Assembly: GCA_963664405.1 (NCBI GenBank)
Contig: OY761158.1
Coordinates: 2,368,001-2,432,000, forward strand
Origin: Thermoanaerobaculia bacterium
GTDB taxonomy: Bacteria > Acidobacteriota > Thermoanaerobaculia > Multivoradales > Multivoraceae
Direction of reading: 5' to 3'
DNA length: 64,000 nt
Both the position numbers and the translations under genes were made by a program. Shown here piece after piece: positions 40,560 to 49,199 of this stretch (positions within the stretch are counted from its first letter, which is position 1; each line of letters begins with the position of its first letter). A model generated the notes under the pieces. That model was not told where the DNA came from. It made no database searches and was given only the letters and a program-made list of their open reading frames with translations.

Positions 40560-41640
40560 CTTGCTCCGCTACGACCTCGCGCATGCCGTCCCATTCGTGC
40601 CACATATTGCACATAGCGTGTTTAGACCGCTCCCACGGGTTGTTCCCCTCTTCGTACTCGAGCCATTCTCCCATCTGACCACGATCGGGGTGGTCGCTCA
40701 CCCCATTTACGAGCTTATCCGGCTGGCGCTTCTTGTTGCGGATGCGAAAGATGATGCTCTTGCGTGACTCGCTGCCGTGCTCGTTTCGGCTGCCGGAGTG
40801 AGGGATCTGGAAGACGGTCATGCAGGCGTCCCCCGACTCCATCAGAATCTGGGTGGGCCGAGGCCATCTCTTGCCGTCGGGAGTGGATTCGGAGCTCGAG
40901 TCCACGAGCTGCTCGCGGACGGCGTCAGGCAGATAGACCAGCCCGCAGCGGTTCGGGCAATCGTGGTCGAGGCGGGGCCACCCAGGGCCCTCGGGGCCCA
41001 GATGCCCATTGCTGTCGTACTGCCAGCGCAGAAACTTCTCCACCGCATGATGCCCGCCGGGCAAGAGCGCCGTCTGACCACGCCCCTCGACCGTCTGATC
41101 GTTGAGGCAGACGAAGACGAAGGCGGTGAAGCTCCCCATGCCCAGAGTCATCTCCGGGTCTTCGAAGAGCGGCACCATATTGTGACCGAGCACTTCGGGG
41201 CTGCGACCGAGGTCACCCTTGGGCCCCGACGCGATGTAGCGCCGGTAGATCTCCTCGGGCGTTCCCTCCTGCCTCTCCTGCGGAACGTTGATCGTCAACA
41301 GGCCGTCGACATGGGTCGATGCCGCGTAGTACGGCATGTCCTTCTCACAGTAGCCGATGCTGGTGAAGTGCTCGCCGGGCTTGGTGACCTTTCTGACCCC
41401 GATCTGGCAGGCGATCGGCGGGTCGAACTCGCCCATCGCCTCATTCAGGATCGGGGTGATCAACGAAGCGTTGACCAGATCGGTCATCGCCTTCTCACTC
41501 CTCAGATTCTCGCCCTTCTTGGCATCGCGGATACGCTGGAGCGCCGCATCAACCAGCTCTTCCGATACCGCGTTCTTGAGAACGACGTAGCCATCTCGAT
41601 GGAGATCGCGCTTCTGCGCGAGAGTGAGGGTCGTCGTCAA
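40552..41640 (-). CDS. Phytanoyl-CoA dioxygenase-like protein
   Basis: RDGYVVLKNAV, HVD, LPGGH, GD..PH..R (Fe/2OG pattern). TTG start with SD AAGGA. Confidence 0.65.
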   Translation of the reverse strand: MTTTLTLAQKRDLHRDGYVVLKNAVSEELVDAALQRIRDAKKGENLRSEKAMTDLVNASLITPILNEAMGEFDPPIACQIGVRKVTKPGEHFTSIGYCEKDMPYYAASTHVDGLLTINVPQERQEGTPEEIYRRYIASGPKGDLGRSPEVLGHNMVPLFEDPEMTLGMGSFTAFVFVCLNDQTVEGRGQTALLPGGHHAVEKFLRWQYDSNGHLGPEGPGWPRLDHDCPNRCGLVYLPDAVREQLVDSSSESTPDGKRWPRPTQILMESGDACMTVFQIPHSGSRNEHGSESRKSIIFRIRNKKRQPDKLVNGVSDHPDRGQMGEWLEYEEGNNPWERSKHAMCNMWHEWDGMREVVAEQDD

Positions 41641-41652
41641 GGGGTCAGTTCC

Positions 41653-41718
41653 TTACACGTCGGAGAGCTGCTGCATCTGGCCGTTGCTGTCGCCGATGCT
41701 CTCCGCCGCGATTCCCAT
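41653..41718 (-). pseudogene. C-terminal gene remnant (DUF1552-like tail)
   Basis: MGIAAESIGDSNGQMQQLSDV* resembles the GDSxG tail of DUF1552 proteins; cut at the repeat boundary. Confidence 0.35.
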
Positions 41719-41943
41719 CGCCGTTCTCGGCGCCAAAAACAACTAGCTTTTCGGAAATGATAGCAATCCTTTCCGAAAACTAGGAAGGCGTCCGAGTATT
41801 CGGCCTGAGCCGTTTCCCGGAGACAATAAGAAGCAACGCCAAAGTGCGCCGTCCGCGGCGCCAGACAGCAATGAGCCGCAGGAAGTGATACCAATCACTT
41901 CCGGAGGCGATCGGAAATGATCGCAATCATTTTCGAAAGCTAG
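41719..41943. repeat. Repeat family 2, composite copy
   Basis: Two cgccgt(t/c)c(t/g)cggcgcca modules and three GAA(A/G)TGAT-N4-ATC palindromes; terminal CTAG overlaps the Nramp stop codon. Confidence 0.82.
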
Positions 41944-43334
41944 CCGCGAAAGGGTGCTAGCACCACGAACCAGATGACGAAGATGGCCATCAAGAGCTCG
42001 AAGCAGAAGATCGCCCAGAGAGCGATCTGGGTCGTCTTGCTTGGCCGAATTCGCTGGTCCATCTTGGTCGCTTGCAGCCAGATCGTGGCCCCGCACTGAA
42101 GCGGCAGAAAGAGCGCCGAGGTCAGGCCGCCGATCATGATCAGAGTGACGAAGTTCGGGATGAAGAGATAGATCAGGAAGGCGACGATCGGGAGCCCGGC
42201 TACGTACCCGCGGGTAATGGCTTTCCGCACATTGAGCTTCGAGCGATCGAGGAGCTGCATCTCGATCAGGTAGTCGGGAATGAAGCGCCCTCCCGCAGCG
42301 ACACCGGAGAGTACGGTCGAGAACAGAATGAAGAAGGCGCCGATGCTGAAGATCCACACCGCCCACGGGCCCAGGGTCTGGGTGAAGATGTTCGATAGCG
42401 CCCCGATCGTCTCGTCGTTGCCCTCAGGAGTGAGGCCCATCTTGTTGAGCACGCCGGCCCCGAGGACATAGTAGGGAATGGTCGCGCAGGTGACGATGAT
42501 GAGCGCCAACCACACGTCGGTGTGGAGGACCTTCATCCAGCCGCGACCGTGCGCTTCCCAATCGGGATCGTCCCGATCCGCGCCCATATAGCTCGGATAT
42601 CCCTTCTCGATACACCAATAGGTGTAGGCCGAGATGTCGCCGGAAGTGGTTCCGGTATAGCCGTAGGCCGCGAGGGCGAGGGCCGCAAACGAAACGAAGA
42701 GAGCCCAATCAGGGGTCATTCCTCCGAGGATCTCGGCAGGCGAGGCACGAAACTCGGTGAACTGCATGGCGATCGAACAGACCAGAGTGGCCAAGGTAAA
42801 GGCAATCACCAGAGCCAGCATGGTGCGCTCGAGCCGTTGATAAGAGCCAAGGCTCAAGAGGAGCGAACAGCTGACCGCGATCAATCCAGTACAGACGATG
42901 CCGCTGACCGTGATGTTTGCCAGAGACAAGAGAAAAGACAGCGACTGGCCCGCCCCGCCAATGATCCCGCCCAGTCCCATGGTCCCCGGCACATAGGCGA
43001 GGAGAAACAACCAGATCGGCCACGAGATGGTCCAGATGCGCCCCGGGACGCGATTCATGGCACGTAAATAGGTATCGCCAGACACGATGGTGTAGCGCGC
43101 CATTTCCGCCTGGACCAGAGATTTGCACCAGCACGACAACAGAATCCACCACAGTAGGGCCCAGCCCGCCACCGCACCGAGGCTGGTGGTCAGAACCAGC
43201 TCGCCGGAACCGATGACGGCGCCAGTGACGATCAGACTCGGTCCGAGGTACTTGAGCCGGCCGCGAAGACTGGTCGGCGGCGCGTGCGACTCGCCGTGGC
43301 GTACGGTGTAGGGATCGTGTGCAGCGTCGGGCAT
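41940..43334 (-). CDS. Nramp-like divalent metal transporter family protein
   Basis: YLGPSLIVTGAVIGSGELV, multiple TM helices, YTYWCIEKGY. Start re-called to ATG 43334. Confidence 0.82.
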   Translation of the reverse strand: MPDAAHDPYTVRHGESHAPPTSLRGRLKYLGPSLIVTGAVIGSGELVLTTSLGAVAGWALLWWILLSCWCKSLVQAEMARYTIVSGDTYLRAMNRVPGRIWTISWPIWLFLLAYVPGTMGLGGIIGGAGQSLSFLLSLANITVSGIVCTGLIAVSCSLLLSLGSYQRLERTMLALVIAFTLATLVCSIAMQFTEFRASPAEILGGMTPDWALFVSFAALALAAYGYTGTTSGDISAYTYWCIEKGYPSYMGADRDDPDWEAHGRGWMKVLHTDVWLALIIVTCATIPYYVLGAGVLNKMGLTPEGNDETIGALSNIFTQTLGPWAVWIFSIGAFFILFSTVLSGVAAGGRFIPDYLIEMQLLDRSKLNVRKAITRGYVAGLPIVAFLIYLFIPNFVTLIMIGGLTSALFLPLQCGATIWLQATKMDQRIRPSKTTQIALWAIFCFELLMAIFVIWFVVLAPFRG

Positions 43335-43404
43335 TGTCTGGGGGCGGAGTATACAGACCCTGAAGAAGCTACGGATGAAGGTCGCGTGCGCTACTTCTCT
43401 GCGA

Positions 43405-43510
43405 GCTGCTGCTGCCGCCAGGTCACACCAGGCCTGCTCACGGCTGAGCTTGCCCTCCCGAATCTCGAACACGTGGAGCAGGCGAAAGCTGACATCACCG
43501 CTCTTAGGGC
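43405..43510 (-). pseudogene. C-terminal remnant of a SnoaL/ester-cyclase (NTF2-like) protein
   Basis: KSGDVSFRLLHVFEIREGKLSREQAWCD; no own start or N-terminal half. Confidence 0.55.
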
Positions 43511-43720
43511 TGATCGAGACCTCGGCCGCCAGATTGCTCGAACATGAGTCGGATATGCACCGAGCCCTCTGGCTGTACCAGGACACCTGGTTGAGAAGCG
43601 ATCGTCGCGGCGACGACCAACCAGCGCTTCGCCAGGGCCGGCGAATGCGCTGACTCGACCGTGTACTCGAGCCAGCGGCTCAGCTTCCTGAGGCCAACAG
43701 ACGCCGACTACGCGAGAGGG
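43510..43720 (+). pseudogene. C-terminal remnant of a TetR-family regulator
   Basis: EHESDMHRALWLYQDTWL..LRQGRRMR*LDRVLEP..LPEANRRRLR; TGA where Trp is expected; no HTH. Confidence 0.45.
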
Positions 43721-43733
43721 TCGAGGGAGGTTC

Positions 43734-44078
43734 TCATCCTCCCAAAATCTCTGAATAACAGTCCTCGTTGAAGCCGACCAAGAGAGTTTTGCCAGCCCGC
43801 ACAGTCGGTGCGCGCAGATTACCGGTCGGACCCAGCATCGCCGTCAAGGCGTCTTCGTCCCGCGAAGACGGTGCCTCGAACTCTCTGATGCGCCTGCCCT
43901 TCGCCACCACCAGACGGTCGGCCCCGTCCAGCAGCTCGGCGGCGTCCTCGCGTCCTAGCTTGCGAGAGGCGGGAGTCCGCTCCCTTGCTTCGAGACCATG
44001 GGCGTCCATGAACTTGGACGCTCGCCCGCAGCTGGTTCAACCGTTGCGAAAGTAATACCAGTCAATCGAATCAGCCAT
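43734..44078 (-). CDS. ArsC-like thioredoxin-fold selenoprotein (UxxC)
   Basis: SD GAGGAGGA, then ATG 44078: MADSIDWYYFRNG-U(TGA 44037-44039)-TSC...LGPTGNLRAPTVRAGKTLLVGFN, 114 aa. Confidence 0.88.
43995..44036 (-). promoter_or_regulatory. Bacterial SECIS-like hairpin
   Basis: Directly after the UGA: GCGUCCA-AGUUCA-UGGACGC 7-bp stem, loop about 22 nt from the UGA with G-U near its 5' side; outer ACCA/UGGU pairing. Confidence 0.72.
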
Positions 44079-44171
44079 TCGCCTGTCCTCCTCAATCACT
44101 CTTCGTTGCCAAGTTTCTATGCCGTCCTCTAGCCGCTGTCAACTCTCGCCTCCGGAGGCTCCCTCCGTAGT

Positions 44172-44757
44172 TCACTGCGCCCCGGGCACCAGCCTGTGCA
44201 GAGACAGTTCCCCCAGAGTCCAGCGATCGATGTAAGCGTTGATGCCGGGAAGGGGACTCAACCGAAGCTTCATCACCCAGAGCTCTCGGCCCTCCGCCCT
44301 TGCCAAGACGGCATCCCTCTGCAACGGCTCGTCACGCACGAACACGCGGTCTCCGGCGAAGGGGTCGAGAGCGTTCTCGAGCATCAGATTGCCGAAGGCG
44401 GAGTCTGGGCCCGAGTAAAGGATCAAGGCTCGCTCACCAACCCCTGCGCGCTCCACCTCCTCGAGCAGTTCTGCCGACTGCCCGTGGTACCAGCCTGATT
44501 GGTAGAAGAGCACACCAGCGCGCGCCGTCGAGGATGACGTTCTGCTGCCTAAAGAGCTGCGGCTGCTCGGGCGAGGGCAGACACACCTGCCCCGAAGCGA
44601 TGATGCGGGCCTGAAAGAAGTAGGCAACCTCGTCGGAAACGTGCGGGACGCCGTCGAGCACGACCAGGCCGACGAGACCGCTCACGGCCACTGCCGTCGC
44701 GGCGAGTACCACTGGCCACAGGGCCTTAGCGGCGGGAGCGGGGGCCATCCGGAACAT
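44172..44757 (-). pseudogene. GT-C/ArnT-like membrane glycosyltransferase with a large internal deletion
   Basis: TM helix plus PHVSDEVAYFFQARIIASG, joined out of frame near 44510 to a C-terminal domain; the multi-TM core is missing. Confidence 0.65.
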
Positions 44758-44862
44758 CTTATCCGTACCCGTGTCCGCGCCGGCGCCCCCTTTCTCCAAG
44801 TCGCCATACCGCCGTGCGCCCGCCCCCATACCAGCGGGTGGCGAAATCACACAGCAACGGGG

Positions 44863-45027
44863 CTAGACCCGCGTTTCCGAAGTTCGTGTACAGAGCTCGA
44901 GGTCATTCTGTTCGCTGGCAAGGCGCGCCGACGCAGGCATAGCAGGGACTATGTCGAGGAGGCGCAACGCCGCCAGCGGGCAGAAGGGGCCGAGAACTGT
45001 GCGCGAACTTCGGAAACGCTGGTCTAG
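44863..45027 (+). mobile_element. MITE family 1, full copy (165 bp)
   Basis: CTAGACCCGCGTTTCCGAAGTTCG...CGAACTTCGGAAACGCTGGTCTAG. Confidence 0.9.
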
Positions 45028-45039
45028 GGTCACCACAGT

Positions 45040-45436
45040 ATGGACTTCAACGACACGCCCGAGCAGGCCGAGTTTCGCGCCGAAGCCCGAGCCTGGCTCG
45101 CGAGAACCGCGCCCGCCTACGAGAAGCCGGATGGCACCGCGGTGGGAGTCTTCTCCTCTACGGACGGTCTCGATATCGCCAAGGATTGGCAGGCCTGCAA
45201 GGCCGACGCCGGTTGGGCGGCTCTCCAGGATCCGATCTCGCCGGTCTTCGCGCACGCTGCCAGCGCGACGGCGACGACTGGATCGTCAACGGGCAGAAGA
45301 TCTGGAACACCTACGCCCATATCGCCGACTACGCAATACTGGTGACGCGCCACGACCCGAGCCTGCCTAAGCACAAGGGTCTCACCTACTTCTTTGTGGA
45401 CATGCACTCCCCTGGCGTCGAAGCGCGCCCCATCAA
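45040..45436 (+). pseudogene. Acyl-CoA dehydrogenase remnant with an internal deletion and a lost C-terminus
   Basis: MDFNDTPEQAEFRAEARAWL..AGWAAL jumps frame near 45225 to GSDLAGL..VNGQKIW..KHKGLTYFFVDM.SPGVEARPI, then similarity ends. Confidence 0.88.
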
Positions 45437-45581
45437 TAGCGATCGGCCTCGAGTACGCGCTCACCGATACCGAGCGAGCCGCAGCCGCCAAGGCCAAGGT
45501 CTTCGCCGAGACCGGCATGCTGAAACTCTCCCTGTCACACTCCGATCTACATCCGCCCGCTATGATCGGTTGGAATCGAGC

Positions 45582-46313
45582 ATGATCAACTCCGTGAAGG
45601 CCCTCACCTTCGACGTCTTCGGCACCGTCGTCGACTGGCGCAGCTCGATCGCCCGCGAGGGCGAGCGATTGGCCGAAGGGCGGTCGCTCGAGGTCGACTG
45701 GGCCGAGTTCGCCGACGCCTGGCGAGCCGGCTACGGGCCGGCGATGCAGAGGGTGCGGGAGGGCGACCTGCCATGGATGAAGATCGATCAGCTTCACCGA
45801 CTGATCCTCGACGAGCTGCTCGATCGTTTCGAGATCCACCTCGACGAGAAAGAGATCGATCACTTCAACAGGGCGTGGCATCGACTCACCCCCTGGCCCG
45901 ACTCGGTGGCAGGGTTGATCCTGCTGCGCGAGCGTTTCGTTCTGGCAACTCTTTCCAACGGCAATATGAGCCTGCTGGTGAACATGGCGAAGAGTGCCGG
46001 TCTACCTTGGGATTGCGTGCTCTCGGCGGAGCTCGCCAAGCACTACAAGCCGGACCCAGAGACCTATCTCATGGCCTCGAGCTTCCTCGGCTACGAACCA
46101 GAAGAGATCATGATGGTCGCCGCGCACCCGAACGATCTTCGGGCTGCGGCATCGGTCGGCTTTCGCACCGCTCTGGTGACACGGCCTCTGGAGTACGGCC
46201 CAGAAAGCGACCTCTACGCGCGCCGGGTAACGGACCGCCTCGATGAGAAGCCCGGCTTCGATGTCGTCGCGAAAGACTTACTCGATCTGGCGAGCCTGCT
46301 CTACGCCCGCTAG
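45582..46313 (+). CDS. Haloacid dehalogenase type II
   Basis: FDVFGTVVDW, LSNGN, YKPDP, MVAAHPNDL. Confidence 0.92.
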   Translation: MINSVKALTFDVFGTVVDWRSSIAREGERLAEGRSLEVDWAEFADAWRAGYGPAMQRVREGDLPWMKIDQLHRLILDELLDRFEIHLDEKEIDHFNRAWHRLTPWPDSVAGLILLRERFVLATLSNGNMSLLVNMAKSAGLPWDCVLSAELAKHYKPDPETYLMASSFLGYEPEEIMMVAAHPNDLRAAASVGFRTALVTRPLEYGPESDLYARRVTDRLDEKPGFDVVAKDLLDLASLLYAR

Positions 46314-46936
46314 TCGGGGAGTCGCCGCACCTTCAGGCCTCGGTACTTCGCTTTGCTGCCTGGGTCGTGTGCTTGCAGCGCGAAGAGCCCCGAGGAGAGC
46401 TGTCGATCCGGGCGGTCGAGATCTTCGGGCTCGACGTAATCGGAGATGATCGTGCCATTGACCTTGACCACGATGTGATTGCCCTCGACCACGATCTCGC
46501 ACTCGAACCACTCGCTGTCGCCGACTGGCGCTTCGTAGTTGTCCTGGACGTTGTAGAGCCCACCGGTGCGCTTGGGATCGCGGTGACTATTGTTGACCTG
46601 AACCTCGTAGCCACGATCTGGCCACCCCTGTTCCAAATACCGCGAGTGAAAGTAGATCCCCGAGTTTGCAACCGGCTCGGTCCAGACCCGCGCTGTGAAC
46701 TGGAAGTTCTTGAAAGACGCGTCGCCGTCACCGACGTAGAAGGCGTGAGCGCGCGGGCCATGAGTGACCAGAGCACCGTCCTCGACATAGACCGAGTCAC
46801 GATTCTCGCTGACCCTCCAACCGCTCAGATCCTCGCCGTTGAAAAGCTCGATCCACTCCCCGCCTTGTCCGAAGATCGGGGCAGTCGCCGCGAGAGCCAC
46901 GGCCAGGAATACGAAGCGAGTGGAAAGGAACGTCAC
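46310..46936 (-). CDS. DUF1080 (3-keto-disaccharide hydrolase-like) secreted protein
   Basis: LFNGEDLSGW, NSGIYFH, GYEVQ, ALQAHDP. Confidence 0.88.
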   Translation of the reverse strand: MTFLSTRFVFLAVALAATAPIFGQGGEWIELFNGEDLSGWRVSENRDSVYVEDGALVTHGPRAHAFYVGDGDASFKNFQFTARVWTEPVANSGIYFHSRYLEQGWPDRGYEVQVNNSHRDPKRTGGLYNVQDNYEAPVGDSEWFECEIVVEGNHIVVKVNGTIISDYVEPEDLDRPDRQLSSGLFALQAHDPGSKAKYRGLKVRRLPD

Positions 46937-46942
46937 GGCAGC

Positions 46943-49039
46943 TCATTCTACGCTGGATGCTTGCCCGCCGATCGAAGCCGATAGCCCGGACACCCGCACC
47001 CGGTTTACGCCGACCCTGCCCTCTTCGATCACCAGACCCACTGCACCTGCCTCCAGCTCGAGGTCTTGGCAGTCGGCGAGAACTGCGCCATTGACCTTGC
47101 CAATCAGCCGCGAGCCATTCAGCTCCAATGTCAGCTGGTGGGTCTCGCCGAGCTTCCATTCGAAGGGCAGATCGACCAGCACAGTTTCCTCGTGCAGCAT
47201 TCGGGTCAGCTGCAGTCGATTGCCCGCTTTGAGAAGCCATCCGTAGTATCGGGTCAAGCCCTGCACCCTCGCCGCGATGCCCGATCTCGCCGAGAGATGC
47301 GGTGTGACATCCGCGCTCACCGAGTAGTCCCGCCACTCACGGGTTCCCTGCATGATGAGCCCAGAGCCCCGGTTCTGGATGAGCCGAAAGCTCTCCGTCC
47401 CTTTCGTCATCGCATCGACGCCGTTCACCCAGGCACGCCGCCACATCGTGCCCCGGTGAGGGGGACGCTCGAAGATCACCTCCGGGGCTCCGGACCATCT
47501 CATCGAGTCCAGATACAAGGTTCCCGAGTGGCCCGCCAACTTCACTCCCACTTCGAAAATGGGACCAGGGAGCGCGGGGATCTCCATCGTAAGACGGGTG
47601 TTCTTCTCGGCACGCACCGCGACCGCATCTCCATCGACCGAGGCGGGCTCATCGTCTTCGCCGTAGTAGGAAACGTACACACTCGCCTCGATCCCCTCGC
47701 CGACGGCAGCCACCACCGCTTCGAGCGTCTGCCCTGGGAAAACTCGCGGCGAGGCCATCAAACTATAGGCGCGCCCCTCGAAATATTTGGCCACGGCCTT
47801 GGACGGCGTGAACACGGGAGAACCGACCCGGGTCTCGCCCGAAAAGTCGATCCGTAGGGCCCGGGCGCCCGGTTGCAACGAGCAGTTTGTCAGCCGCACC
47901 TCGCCCTCCGTGACCTGGAATCCCTGCACCGACCCTGGAAAGTGGAAATGAAACTGGGCCCCGTCCTTGGGCGCGATCGGGCTCTCGCCGACGAGGGCGC
48001 GACCCATGTTGACGATCCGAACTGCCTCGCCGGCGCAGTCGCTGATCGCTCGCCCACCGTCCGCAGTGGGGATATACAAGCGATCGGACACCGGGCCGCG
48101 CCAGTCGAAGCCTCTATCTAGCCCCGCGTCGATCGCTTCGAGGCCCCCTCTGATTCCCATCAGGCAGCCGACGTTGCCCGAGTTGCAGTCGGTGTCCCAG
48201 CCGCAGGTGTTGACGATCTTCAGCGTGTCGGAGAAGTCGCCCTCGCCGTGCAAGAGCGAGTGAATGATCAGACCGTGATTGGGCACCATGTGACAGTTGC
48301 CGCCGTATTTGTCATAGCCATAGCTCGCCGCCAACATCTCCCGAGTGGCGCGCCAGTCCTTCTCCCGCGCGTGCCAGCCGCGGATGTCTTCGATCATGGT
48401 GGCAATCACGCTGTCGGTGGGGATATAGGCGAGCGCTTTGTCGACCAGCTTGTCTATATCGGACTCCAGGAACGCCATCGCCTCCATGGCCGCGATCACC
48501 TGGGCACCATAGACTGCCTCACCATCGTGGCTGACCCGCGCTGCCGCTTCGGCGAACTTCGCCGCCTGATCGGGATCGCCAGGGCAGACCATGGCCCAGC
48601 CGTCGATGAAGATCTGCGAGCCGATCTGCTCCGAGACAACCTTGCCGTTGAGCTCCATCGAACCACTCGCCGGCGCCTCGATACCGCTGGCAAGTCGAAG
48701 ATAGGCGGTGTGCTCGGTGGAATTCCCGAGCCCCCCCCACCACAGAATGGTTCGCTCCTTGATCAAGTAATTGAGCCAGCTCTCCCCTACTTCCCTCGAG
48801 CTCAGATCCGCACCGCTACCGTGGTCCTCCAATGCTCGCAGGAAAGTAAAAGTGCCGGAAATGTCGTCGTCGGTCACGACCAGCGGAACGTTCAGCTTGT
48901 CGTGAACGTAGTACTCGACGTCGCCCAACCGTTCCTGGATCATCGAATAGGGCCAACCCTCGAAAGGTCGGCCCAGGTAGACCCCGATGATCTTGCCGAG
49001 GACTCCGGCATACACACGCTCCGCGTAATCCCGTTGCAA
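46943..49039 (-). CDS. ADP-ribosylglycohydrolase family protein with C-terminal beta-sandwich domains
   Basis: GRPFEGW, TDDD, VSHDGEA, GWDTDCN. Confidence 0.88.
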   Translation of the reverse strand: MQRDYAERVYAGVLGKIIGVYLGRPFEGWPYSMIQERLGDVEYYVHDKLNVPLVVTDDDISGTFTFLRALEDHGSGADLSSREVGESWLNYLIKERTILWWGGLGNSTEHTAYLRLASGIEAPASGSMELNGKVVSEQIGSQIFIDGWAMVCPGDPDQAAKFAEAAARVSHDGEAVYGAQVIAAMEAMAFLESDIDKLVDKALAYIPTDSVIATMIEDIRGWHAREKDWRATREMLAASYGYDKYGGNCHMVPNHGLIIHSLLHGEGDFSDTLKIVNTCGWDTDCNSGNVGCLMGIRGGLEAIDAGLDRGFDWRGPVSDRLYIPTADGGRAISDCAGEAVRIVNMGRALVGESPIAPKDGAQFHFHFPGSVQGFQVTEGEVRLTNCSLQPGARALRIDFSGETRVGSPVFTPSKAVAKYFEGRAYSLMASPRVFPGQTLEAVVAAVGEGIEASVYVSYYGEDDEPASVDGDAVAVRAEKNTRLTMEIPALPGPIFEVGVKLAGHSGTLYLDSMRWSGAPEVIFERPPHRGTMWRRAWVNGVDAMTKGTESFRLIQNRGSGLIMQGTREWRDYSVSADVTPHLSARSGIAARVQGLTRYYGWLLKAGNRLQLTRMLHEETVLVDLPFEWKLGETHQLTLELNGSRLIGKVNGAVLADCQDLELEAGAVGLVIEEGRVGVNRVRVSGLSASIGGQASSVE

Positions 49040-49199
49040 ATCGACTCCCTATCTCGATAAATCGTCTCAGCTCAATCGGTCAGGCATTGTATCTGTGCGC
49101 TCGATCCCGGCAGTCAGCTTCAAAGGAACGGGTTAGGATGGCACAGACCAAGAACAAACGAGTACCCCTAAATCACGGCCTCAGGGAAAGCGAGATCCT

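Noticed and set aside
43651-43653. Second selenocysteine codon or TGA=Trp genetic code
   Set aside because: It lies in a gene remnant at a Trp-like position with no redox motif, and TGA is the normal stop for many genes here.
45186-46313. Acyl-CoA dehydrogenase-HAD fusion ORF
   Set aside because: Chance in-frame join of a pseudogene fragment; the HAD has its own ATG at 45582 and a TATGAT -10-like box upstream.
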